A DNA stretch of 58,175 nt, from positions 186,001 to 244,175 of the forward strand of contig CDROCS010004111.1 of the NCBI GenBank assembly GCA_977020255.1. Direction: 5' to 3'. The stretch comes from Obrimoposthia wandeli (lineage: Eukaryota). Within the stretch, counting starts at the first letter, position 1. Each line of letters opens with the position of its first letter. The position numbers and the translations under genes are program-made. This document shows positions 24,364 through 36,390 of the stretch, one piece after another. The notes beneath the pieces are model-generated. The model searched no databases and had not been told where the DNA came from. It saw only the letters and a program-made list of their open reading frames with translations.

Positions 24364-25046
24364 TAAACAAATAAACACATTTTTTTAATAAATGGTAATG
24401 ATAAATTCGGCATATATACTAAATTGTTTAATTGTGCATATTTTTCTGTGGCCATTAATTAATTCACTGCGAAACCAAGAATCCAACTCTGCCATTACCA
24501 ATTTAGACTTCTATTTAGCTTTCCCGGGGAATTGCGTTGCACGGATTTGATTCGGTTTCATACAAAGCGAGACTGATTGATTAAGGTTTAGATAAAGAAG
24601 GAGATAGAGAGAGAGTGAGGGGCCACAAAAGCGAGAAACAACAATTATTATTCAGACCTAATCAATTTTAGTGGATTTTCCGTTTGACTGGTGTAAACTG
24701 TGCTTCAATGTCTCTTTAATCTCGTCTTTACATCACTAAATCAATTTTGTTCTGAAACCCTACTGAGAAAACTAGAAACAATCTTTCGCTTTTTATCCAA
24801 CAAGTTTTGTCGATAGAAAATCTATTAATAAATAATATTTTTTCTTTTGATGAATTGTTAGTAATCTCTACACATTATTAGTTGATTATAGATTCATTTA
24901 ATATTATGCGATATAAATTAAAAGCAACTACAAATTTTCAAATATTAATCTACTTTTATACTTAAGTAGTTACATTGTTACATTTCTTGAATTATCAGTA
25001 GTTCATTTTGTGATCAAAGATTTTTTTAAACTTCTTTACATTAGAT

Positions 25047-25344
25047 CAGGAGTTCCTAAAGTGAGTTCCGTAGACAAAATCAGTGATTCCACAAGCAAAT
25101 TTAATAAAAAAGTAAAATTACAAAAATTGACATTAACGTTACTTGTCTCTACCAGTGCATAGGCCAATAATTATTTAAGAAATACTTCATTAATTTAACT
25201 TAAAATTTTTTATTCATTTTTCGATATAAATTATTTTTATTTTTAATCTTCACTACTGTTTAAAAATTTTTTAAATATGTAGGGGTTCCAATATTTTTAA
25301 ATAATACCAAAGGGTTCCCGGCCACAAAAGTTTGTAAACCCCTG
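25047..25344. mobile_element. hAT (Charlie/Buster-type) MITE
   Basis: Ends CAGGAGTTCCTAAAGT and AAAGTTTGTAAACCCCTG. Flanked by an 8-bp TSD, CATTAGAT (25039-25046) / CATTATAT (25345-25352). Confidence 0.8.
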
Positions 25345-26064
25345 CATTATATTTTGATTAAAGTTAAATTAACGTAAAATTTGAAATTCTTGGATAAAAT
25401 ACTGCATAACTCAAATATCCTAAATATCTAATTTTTAATATTTAAAACTTAATATTTTTATGTAAGAAAACAGAAAATGGCTAAATATATTTTGAGTTTG
25501 CTTAGAAAACTGAGAAAAACTTGGAAATTTTAAATGAAATATAAGTGATGCTATTCATATTATTTATATTGTTCGGATTGAAATATCCTTTCAAATGATT
25601 AAACTTTGCTTTATTAAATAGGGTTTGAAAGCCATAAATCGTGAAGCCTTGTCACAGACTAAGGATGGAAACAAAGCTTGGGATAAGCTTGTGGAAAAAT
25701 TAAACCTAGAAAGAATTAATTTTGACAACTGTCGTAATGAATAAAAACTTGAAACTGAAGAGAATATGACAGAAAGTAAAATAGTTGTTGCAAAATTGTT
25801 TTTGTTTCCAATCAAATATTCCCAAAGAGGCTTTGATGAATTTGGATTCATTCGAAAACATTGTTATTCAATTCAATGCTATTATCCAAAACAAGACACT
25901 ATTAATAGATTATTATTTAATTTAATTAATTTTTGTTTCGATTTGTTATTTTTTTAAAAATTATCATTAATTTCTGTTTTAATTTCAATTATAACTAACT
26001 CGTAATATAGTTAAAAATGTATTTTTCGGTGAGTATATAAGTAAACTTGTAAATAGTATATATA

Positions 26065-26407
26065 GACTGTGTCCAAATATTTTAGAAAAATGTTTTAAAA
26101 AAATATCCTTACTTATACTTCAGTTAACTGCTTTTAATATATACTATTAATTTAATCGGTGTATGTTATAGTTTAAAAAAAATACATATATATAGCAAAG
26201 AATCTTTAATTTCTAAAATTTTTGAACACCCTTAATTTTGATAAATTTGAAATGTGTAAAATCCATCAAATCGTTTGTAATAATGATATAATATATTAAT
26301 TAATTCACCTTTGGTTATTCTATTGCCATCAATAGATTTATATATTTTAAATTATTTTCTTATATTTTGCTACATTTCACATTTTTCTAAAAAATTAGGA
26401 CACACTG
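26065..26407. mobile_element. Tc1/mariner-type MITE (degenerate TIRs, TA flanks)
   Basis: ta-GACTGTGTCC ... GGACACACTG-ta; 8/10 inverted match. Confidence 0.4.
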
Positions 26408-26976
26408 TATATATATAATATTATTTATATTCATTATAAAGATTTTACCGGTGATACACGTGATGTATTCTTCGAATATCGGGATTTTTTATATTCTAGC
26501 AGCTATTTTTATGACAAATAATTTATCCGGCTAACAATGTTTGTCTACATCTGTATATAAAAAATAAACTAGTTAGAAAATACTTTGGTTTAACACGGAC
26601 CTTTATTTAAGACTACATTAGAATTATTTGATGTAATTTAATTTTTTATTAATATTAATCTTAACAATATAAAAGAATGTAAGATGTTATTAATATTAAG
26701 TGTTATTAATTTATTTTCTAATCATATTTTTAGTAATTATAAATCTTGAAATATTTACAGTTTATTACATACAAGTTACTATTGAATTACGAAATCATCA
26801 ATTTACTTTATTTATCGAAATAAATAAAAATTATATCAAGTAATTGATAACCGCGAACACATAATTTTAATTTTACGTAAATTCATTATAATATTCTATG
26901 AACATTTTAGAGGTGGTTTCAAAACTATTCCATTTCTATCATATCAAGATTTTTATTTACTGCTTCTTTTGCACAT

Positions 26977-27085
26977 TAACCTTATGGTGTGACACCCTTA
27001 TGGTGTGGCAAGTCATCCTTAGACATTGTGTGCGCACATAGGGGGTCAAGTGTTCTAGACTCCATCCTTCCCCCTACTATTAAGC
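26977..27085. repeat. Partial second copy of the 3366-3810 repeat
   Basis: ccttatggtgtgacaccc units followed by cattgtgtgcgcaca...caagtg.tctagactccatcctt..cctacta, matching 3590-3790. Confidence 0.85.
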
Positions 27086-27089
27086 TAGA

Positions 27090-27495
27090 TGTTTTGAAAG
27101 CTTTTTCAAGGCTCTGAATAAGTATTGGCTTTCAGAGTTCCCATATATTAGTGAGGCAAAGTTACATCCATCCAGAAATTTTCCTTGGACCTCAAATAAG
27201 AGAGAAGTTCACTCAGAAGGAAAGAAATGTCTGGTCCCTTTTCAAAGAAATATTTCTTTGATAAACAATTGTATCCGCAGTATGTACAAATTGTGAATGA
27301 TACAAAGTTTCCTCGATCTTGACTCTCACAAGCGTATCAAAATTGATTTTCTTCATTCACACTTGGACTTCTCCCGCCAAACAATAGAGCTTATAGTGGA
27401 GAGCAGTGTGAAATATATCAACACGATATAGCTACAAACGACAAACGTTATCAATGAAACAGAAATGGGTCAATTCTGGCTGACTACTACTGATG
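27090..27495 (+). mobile_element. CMC/Chapaev3-like transposase C-terminal remnant
   Basis: FPYISEAKL, IFLGPQIR, KIDFLHSHLDF and YSGEQCEIYQHDI...KRYQ...ILADYY match the ISEAKLKEGIF.GPQIR...HFLHSHLDFFP...GERFHQDI...RYQG...LADYCW pattern. Confidence 0.7.
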
Positions 27496-29475
27496 CCCCC
27501 GGTTCCAAATATTAAAGAAGATCTAAACACATACTGAAAATAAATCATTTAACTATACCAATGTATACATAGATTTTTACATTACGGTCTCTTTGTGTAT
27601 TTATATATAATTTTATGTATGTTTATTTGTAAATTTGCTTATAAAAATGGTGATGTGATACAAGAAAAAGAGTTACATTTTTGATTTCAAGATAGAATAG
27701 AAATTCAAGATAATTTTCACCTATGTTGTTTCATAAAACAAACAAAAGTTAAGGACAATTATAAATATCAATATACCTGCAAGTAATATTGTTTGATTAT
27801 GTTGTATTGTTTGGGTTTTGTCATTCAAGTAAATTCTACAATGCCACAATTGTTTTTAAATTGCTCCAGTTATTTCTTGGTCGTCAGCTTCACTTCAGAA
27901 AATCAAACTACGTCGGCCTTTAAGTGCAAAATATTTAGACAATATTTAGTTTTGTATTTAATAATGTTATCCTCCCAAATATCCTCATCATTTAGTGCAC
28001 CCTCGGGATTTGTTGCCTAATTGCCATGTTGTAAAACTTGTGTAACGTAAAGCTTGGTAAGTCACTCACATTATATAGCCACACCAAGATCTACTATTTT
28101 ATATTTATATAAATAGTAAAGTGATTAGATAAACAAATTGACATTAAAAAAATCATTTGATTGTGTAACAAATTAGGCTGAATGTTTTTTAATGATATTT
28201 TGAAGTGTAGTTATTGTTTTTACCTCGATTTTTGTTGTTAGAAGAGAAAGAATTATTAATTCAAATAAATTTTAAAAAACTTAAACTTTTTTATTATCTT
28301 AAAAATGTATTTTAATGTATGGTCTGAATTAAATTTCATATATCGTACATCGTGGCCTTTTTATTTTTCTAAAAAATCACAACATGGGACTTTAGTAACT
28401 ATACTCCCAATTTATTAGTCACCATCAATAATGAAATGACACCAAAACACTTGTGGTATCATTCAGTTACCTGAACATGCTGGGGTCCAATTATGAACGA
28501 AACGTCCATTTGTGGTTATGTTTTCGTGTGTATATTTACGTAAGAAATGATATCAATAGCCAATAGACTTTGGTTGTTCCAAAATTGATACCATGAAGGT
28601 CCTTTTTATACAAATAAATATTATAATTAAAATTCTATTCAAATTCTTTGTCATAAAGGTTATTTCCCTGGTAACATTTACTTCAAATTTTAGTCACTAG
28701 TTATGAATCACAGCGTGCAACTGGCTACATAAAAAGTATCCCAGATATTAAAATACACAGTTTCAAAATGCAGGTAAAATAGCATTGCTGGATACTATAG
28801 AATTGGACATCACAAGATACAAAACTAAACGTGATAACAAAGCTTGAGCAACGTTAAATACACATTTATCTTCTTTTATCGTTTCACAATAAAGAACTTT
28901 TTAATGTAACACTAATAAAGTTTTTATCGACTTCTGTGATCTACACTTTCGAGGTTGAAAGAATTTCCAGCGGTCGGTTGCAGTCAGATCAGCAGCGACT
29001 CAATCTCGGACCGTCGGGAACGAACCTTATCAATTAGGACCAAATGCCGAAGCTGCTGAAGTTGGACCATTAAATTACAAGCTCCGATAACACAGAAACT
29101 CAGAAACGTTATCAGCAAAACCACCAGCAGCAGCAACAACAACTGGCAAAATGATTAAAGCAATTTCCGTATTATTTGTCGCGTCCATGTTTCTCATTAC
29201 CATCCAATTTCGCCTCGATATATTACTCTTTTCCTGTCCCCCTATCTTCCGCTCATTATCACCGCTGCCATCTGAGTCAATGGACTTGATTTCCCCCTTC
29301 TGGCAACTGGGTGTTTGTTTGCCGGACACGCTTGCTTGTGTGCCTGACTGTCTGTGACCCTCCCTCGCCCACTGACCCGCAGCCACAGCCTCAGCCACTC
29401 CAATCAATACTAATTATAAAGTCAGTCTCCAATAACCAGGTACATCGATGAACCTCAGACAATCTACCGCAACTC

Positions 29476-29522
29476 GCTCTCTCCTCTCTCTCATCCCTCT
29501 CTCTCCCTCTCTCTCTCTCTCT
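29476..29522. repeat. (CT/GA)n microsatellite
   Basis: Interrupted CT run next to a GC-richer island. Confidence 0.85.
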
Positions 29523-32500
29523 CGATTTACTATTTCCCTTCTCTTGCGTTTGCCGATTTGTTTGTAGCTATGTCGCAAAGAGTCTTTTATTGACTGGAAA
29601 TCAGATTTATGTTTATTGTAGTTAAATGAGGAAAAGATTTTTGACAAAATTAACCAACTTTTAAATTTTGCTTTTTTAATTAATATTCTAGTCGTCTAAT
29701 TAACTTGGAAAGGTGTCCTTTTTGACATAATAATTTTTAATATTTTAGTTTCCAATCGTCTCAAGAAAATTTCGCAATGTTGAAAAGCTTAAAAATAACA
29801 CAAAAATATTTTGTTCTTATATTTCTAATATTTCTAGAAGAAAAGAAAATTAAATGGATATTATGTAATTTATGAATGTGCATATTGTGTAAAATATTTT
29901 TCAGTTTTTATATCTAAAAATTTACTTGAGGGTCTTTAATCATTTATATATATATATATATACTGCAGATAAATCAATAGGTGAAAACTATAACAAACGT
30001 ATGACATTTACGACAGCATTTAGTCAACAATAAAATTATAATTTTGTTATTATGTATATGTAAGTTGGCAATATCCGTGTGAAATATGTTTGAAAATGAA
30101 GTCAAAATGTATAATTTGTGTTTTCTATCGTTAATCGATTATTAGGTTGCTCAGTGAATCTACGTCGAAGGTTGTACATCGTTAAATCAACAAATATCAA
30201 TTACATGTATAAAAATAAAGAAAATATTTAACATAAAAACATAACATTATTATATTTAATATACTGCTAATATCCAATAAATCTGCAATTTATTTCTTTA
30301 AGCGCTTCATGTTTTCCATTATTCTTCCTAATATTTTTCAAATATTAAAGTTTTCAAATGCTCCTTGAACTTTTAACCATAATTACAGTTTCTTTATATA
30401 CATCAGTAGATTGATGTACAGATTCAGAACATAAATCTCAAATATTCAATCACTGTTAGTTTTTTAGAATTTTTTGACAAATCTTCTATCATAATCGTCT
30501 CTCCTAAGATGCATATACACGTTCACGACTCCAGACTCGAAAATATCATATTATTATTTAAGCTTAGTGAGATGACATATGTTTTGATAATAAGTAAGGA
30601 ATTGAATTCATTTTTGGTATTGATCGATAGCCAACGGAGTTTAATTAAATAATCACTTGTAATTGTATTTATCTTTCATTGAATATAACTGTTACCGCTT
30701 TGTTGATAATTTGAAATATTAAACAGTAAAGTATTTTGAAAATCAAGTTTCGATATAATAATCTAATGAGTAAGCATTGTAGTTATCTCAGTATTAAAGT
30801 ATTTTTTATTGTATAACTCTTTTAGATATGACCACTGCATGTTCTTATCACTTTATTAATTTGACAATTTATTATTATATTTTCATCGAGGATGTAACCA
30901 ATATTTATTTTGGTTTGCACATTTATAATATTTTCATCAACATACATGAATATATCATCTTAAATACGGCTTATGGTATTCTTAGATACGAATAATATAG
31001 ACTCAGTTTTATTTTCATGTATATTCATTTGGCTTAATTTCATCGATTTAGTTAATTAATAAAATTAATAAAATGTTCCCTTTCACATTTCAGTTATTCC
31101 AGTCATTAGAATTGTTGAGGCCCAGAATCGGACAAATTTAATAAAAATAATTAAATAATTGGCTATAAACAAGCTATAAACAAGGACATTTAATAACCTT
31201 AAAAGATTAAATTAGATTACTTAAAAGGGAACAATCTAACAAAATTGGAAATTACAAAAAATGAAAAATTAATCGATCTCATGTGACTGCTGATCCAACA
31301 GCATAAATAGAGTCACATGAGACACCACAACGCACAAAAAATACGAAGTGGATTAAATCGTGCAGAGATTTGTATTTTCCAAATTTGTTCGCCGTTCATT
31401 GCCAAGGAAATTCTTATAAAAGAAGAAGCAGCTGAAATTGAACATTAATAGTGAATAATTAGAGAAGAACGAATTTTCCCACGAGAGGAGATCACGAAGA
31501 AGGACTCTACAAGAAGCCAAATACGTATTGCAACACGAGGCTCGCAACAGACGACGAGCAACATCACTAGAGGACTGAGTTATAACTTGCGAATAAATTG
31601 CGTTTTTAAACTAATTTTTAAATAAATTTCATAACTAATCAAATTTATTTAGTTGTTCTGAAACCGGACCAATTATTTGAGTAGATTTAAAATTCAGGGT
31701 AAACTTCCTAAGCCTGAAACAGGCCCAAGCCTTCTATAAACTCGACCCTTTCTGTTGAAATAAAGTTAGCCTGAACACGGCACAACATATTTGCCCAGAT
31801 ACTTCTGGATATAAATTGGACAGAGAGCACAAAACTCTTTTTGGTATTCATATTTTTTTAAACTAACTTTTAGTATTTACATTGTAAGTTTGATACGATT
31901 TGAATAAATTATTTGTTTTGATTAACATTGCATTTTTGAAAGAGTTTGACCGTAGACGATTAGAGAATATCCCCACGTTTAGATCACAAGCACGTAATTT
32001 CTAGAAGTCATAGACTCATAGAATAAGCAAACATTAGGAATTAGAATTGGGGCAAATAAAACATATACCTTCAAATAATTTACGAGACTAAAATGGTAGG
32101 CCGTCCACACAAGACATATCACTTTAAAGAACTCACGCACCAGAAGCTAAGAAGTATTTCAACTCTGGTCCCAACAGAATCAAAATCTGCATAAAGTATA
32201 TTTAAAGTAAAGTGATGAAAACCCTTTAAACTCTAACAGTCACCCGATATCGTATATGTTTCAAATATCAAATTTACATTTTAATTTTGTAACAAAACTT
32301 CGGTTGTTGGGTGTGTCCAGATGTTTTCAACTACTTGTAAGGAGGTTGAGAAGAATGTAATTTTTGATAACTAAAATTTAAATATATAAAAATTATTCAC
32401 ATGACATTTGAATTAGATATTATAATGAATGTGGGCTAGTTGGAAGTTTCTCAAAATTTGTTTAAATATTGTAAATAAAATAATAAAATAATAAAGTCTT

Positions 32501-32548
32501 GAATTTTGAAAATTATTTTAATTATTTAATTATTTTGAAACGGTTACT

Positions 32549-33197
32549 ATGGATAGTCCAATCGCGGCTAACAATACTGAAAGCAGTTTTCTGGGGGTGA
32601 ATGGAACACTGGTCAAGGTCATATACTAGTAATGGAAGATCAAGTGAATGAATACTTGAATTCATGGCCTACCAATATGGCTTTATTAACGTGTACTCTA
32701 ACGCAACAAGAAAAGGTTGGCATGTGTGTTTCACATAGATTAGAACTGTATCGGACCCATACGAATCTGTCGGCGTCGCACATTTTTGAATGTTTAACAA
32801 ATATTGACAAGATTCAATTACTGAAATTATTATTTGATTGTTTGAGAGAAGTATTAGCCGCAGTAGCATTCAGTCATAGATTGCACGACTTGCAAATAAG
32901 TAGATTCGTGGATCAAATCCCAGATGCCACAACTATTTTTCTACCTAACACAAAGATCACTCAAAATTTTCAAACTGAATTAGAAAAGAAAGTTAGATAT
33001 TTTAATAAGTATGAGATCTTGGACATATTTCTTCAATAAAACAGAAAATAAGACAGTTTTTGTCAAATCCAGTGGATGGTGATGATTACGACGAACTGAT
33101 ACAACCTATACTAGAAACGTTTTATATAAAAGCAGTCCCTAACTCCCAGAAAATAGAACTGATAATGTCACATATTTCATATACCAAAACTATGTAA
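32549..33197 (+). pseudogene. Unknown decayed ORF (~215 aa before frameshifts)
   Basis: ATG at 32549 (MDSPIAANN...), 135-aa open core at 32632-33039, shifted tail FLSNPVDGDDYDELIQ...YTKTM* ending at 33197. No recognised motif. Confidence 0.4.
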
Positions 33198-33836
33198 ATT
33201 TCATTCCAATAATCTTTGTTTGCAAATATCTGTCTGCAATCTTATCATATGATATATAGAACAAATAATTTGGTGATTCTTCATTTACATTTAATTGGGT
33301 TAATTAATTTGTATTTTTCATCAAAAATAAGTTAGCATTTAGATCAATATTTGTCATTATAATCAGACAAACAAATTAGTCCAAAATCAAATGTAACAGT
33401 TGTAATAGCTGGATTTATCAAGACGGTAATAAAATCTCCAAATACAGTGGAAGACTACAGTTCAGCTGGATTCGGTGATGCATTCAAATTGGACGGAGTA
33501 TTATGCTTCACTTTATGGCAATTTTATCGATTATTTGTGGCTTCAGTGTGTACGCATACAGAGTTTTATTAAGACTTACTTGACTCAGACCAATTAATCG
33601 ATAGTGCATTCATAAATTTGCGATTGTTTTACATAACTGGTCAGTTGCATTGATTGTCGCAATGGGTGTGATTGAAATGAACTTAGGTGCTTCGTAATAA
33701 TATGGGTTTTGGTCTTGATGAATAGCCGTTTGTCCCCTATAGGTAATAATGCAGATTTGTCAGTAATATATATCATGGCTTTTCCGGTTTGTTCAGCAGC
33801 TATATTGAATGTCAGTTTCACTTTGATTAATATCAA
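33190..33836 (-). pseudogene. Unknown decayed ORF convergent with 32549-33197
   Basis: The 80-aa ORF 33594-33836 continues through shifted fragments (...FGDFITVLINPAITTVTFDFG...YDKIADRYLQTKIIGMKFT*) to TAG at 33192-33190. Confidence 0.35.
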
Positions 33837-35705
33837 TAAATAATGAGAATATTTAATTGATGCAAGTTAAAATTGATTTTATTATGTTCAATACGTTATG
33901 TCCATCCTATCGAAAGTTTTAATTTCAAATATTTTTAAAAATAATTAGATTATAGAGAAATATTTCCAAATACATTACTATTTTAATAAAACAAGTGCGT
34001 ATTTGTAACAATTATAAACCGATCATAACAATTAAACATAGTGTATGATAGAATTGTTACGAGTTAATGTGTTGATTAACAAATTCAAATTTATATTCAA
34101 AAACACAAAAACAAATATCTGTCCCTGACCTACTGAAAATGTCATGTGATAATTCAGGTATTGGCCACATTATACATTCATTCAATCATTATTGCAAATA
34201 TACTAGTTCCATGTACATAAATGCAATATTGTTAAAGGCTTCAACCAATCTTTTCAATTTTTTGCTACTTTCAACGGTTACTTTGTACCTTGATCTTGTA
34301 TCGTTTGAGTAAATGCAACATGCTATTCATAACGAAATTCTTTTTAATTGTTCTAATCTGATTCATCATCATTTCGTACATTAAAAAAATTCAAATTCAT
34401 AAATATACTGCAATAATTACATGATGTCTGGATAATATATAACCATACATTCTCTCACACACACCATCTTAACAAAGCATGTAAAGTACAGAAAACGATT
34501 CGACCTTTCATTGACCCATTTATAATTATTTCTAACTAGACAAAAAAAATTTAATCAGCAATTAATTATCAAATGTTCTTCATTTTATTTATATATATAT
34601 ATATTATTTTATTCCATTCTTGAAATATTTACTTCCGAGAATGACTTCAGTAGAATTAAGAAACTATTGAATTTGATTTTTTTTGCCTACAGTACACGTT
34701 AATAAAGCCATATTGGTAGGTCAATAATCCAAATATCCATTCACTTGATCTTCCATTACTAGTATATGACCTTGACCAGTATTCCATTCACCCCCAGAAA
34801 ACTGCTTTCAATAGTTGAAAACGTCTTGGACAATAATTTTTATTTCGTTTAAACTTATTTGAATTGCATTCCGAATAGTGTAAAATTGTTTTTAGATTTC
34901 GACATTTGTCAAATAAGGATACTGACCAGAAAAATGTCAAATTATTTTATATGAACCTATCAGTTATATATATATATACAGTTGTTTGCTGTGGTCCACC
35001 GGTATCAACAAAAATCGACTACAATATTAATTTTCTGTGACAATTTTGTAGTTTCTTAGTTTGACATTCAGTTTTGATTTAAAATGGCAATTTTCCCAGC
35101 TCTCTGTTACATGTTTTATTGTGCTTTCCTTTCTTTTTTTGTGCATAACATAATTCTTTATGATATTTAAAATATGACATTTATCAGTTTTCTGGTATCC
35201 ATGTTTATCCATTTTGCTTTACAACTCATGTTCATTCTCAAGGTCATCTCACTGACTTTATTATTTATTTAAAATTTTTGCCTCTATATTGAAAATAGTT
35301 AGTATTGGAATTGAGGATAAAATTGTTTTACCGCTGAGAAACGTGTTTGTTTAGACCACATAACTGGTGTAAATATTGTGCAGATGAAATGATCCGAGTG
35401 AGTTAGATTACGCAATGCCATAATGTTGCTTTTCTATTATGGCTTATGATAATACCGAAAGGACGTTTGAACGAAGGAATTATATTATTTCAGGAAGACA
35501 ATTGGCTTTTACGTAGTTTAGATTTAATACCAAGGAAGATGCGTGGAAATTAATCCCGAACAAACTCTTTAATAGAACATCATTGACATCAAATGTGTCC
35601 ATTTCAGAAAATTTTAACTACTTTTTCAACCAGAATCACAGATAAAAATTATCAATTTATATAAGAATCATATTTTATATTTAAATTAATACTTGTAAAA
35701 TACTA

Positions 35706-36390
35706 CAGTCAACCCCCGATAATCCGAACTTGTTAAAAATTAATTGGTTTCGGATATCGGCCAGCCATTTGAATAAGCAAATTGACTAATACATAGTTCG
35801 TTAGCAAACGATTTTGCCTTTTCAACGATAATGTCGTCGTTTATAAAGCCATTGTTAGCATTCATTAATCCAATCCAAGCTGTGAGAGCAACTTCCAAAC
35901 TTTCAAATTTCTAATTAATTACTCTTGTAATCGATTTTCTTCGTAATTCAGCCATTTTTCAGAATTCTTTAAGATGTTCGATATTGTAGAAATACCCAAA
36001 TTGATTCCATTTTCTCTTAAAATTAATGATTTGATATCTCCAATCGTCAAACTATGCATTTCAATTTTAGTTTACATATTTTTGACTTGATGTTAGAGGG
36101 CACCTCTGTTCTTTTTCAGGTCATTTTCTTTACTGGTTCTTCAAATTAATGTTTAAATTTATAATCCAAAATTCAAAAATATTTATAATCCGATATTTTT
36201 ATTTTTCAAAGCAAAAAAACAATTTTTACTTTCTAGTTAAATTTAAAATCCGAAATCTTTATTTTTACAAGGGAAATAAATAATTTTTTTCTTTTGGATT
36301 GATTCGAAACAATTTTTCACTATTGTCTATTCTCCCCTGAGTTATCGAGGTTTCCGCATTATCGGGGTTCGGATTATCGAGGGTTAACTG
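35706..36390 (-). mobile_element. pogo/Tigger-derived non-autonomous element
   Basis: 24-bp TIRs CAGTCAACCCCCGATAATCCGAAC / GTTCGGATTATCGAGGGTTAACTG (22/24), TA TSD on both sides. Internal minus-strand CENP-B-like HTH remnant (LGISTISNILKN...LEVALTAWI...DDIIVEKAKSFA). Confidence 0.88.

Noticed and set aside
28380-28600. Faint mariner-like fragment on the minus strand (FLRKY...HNWTP)
   Set aside because: Too short and degenerate to support a call.
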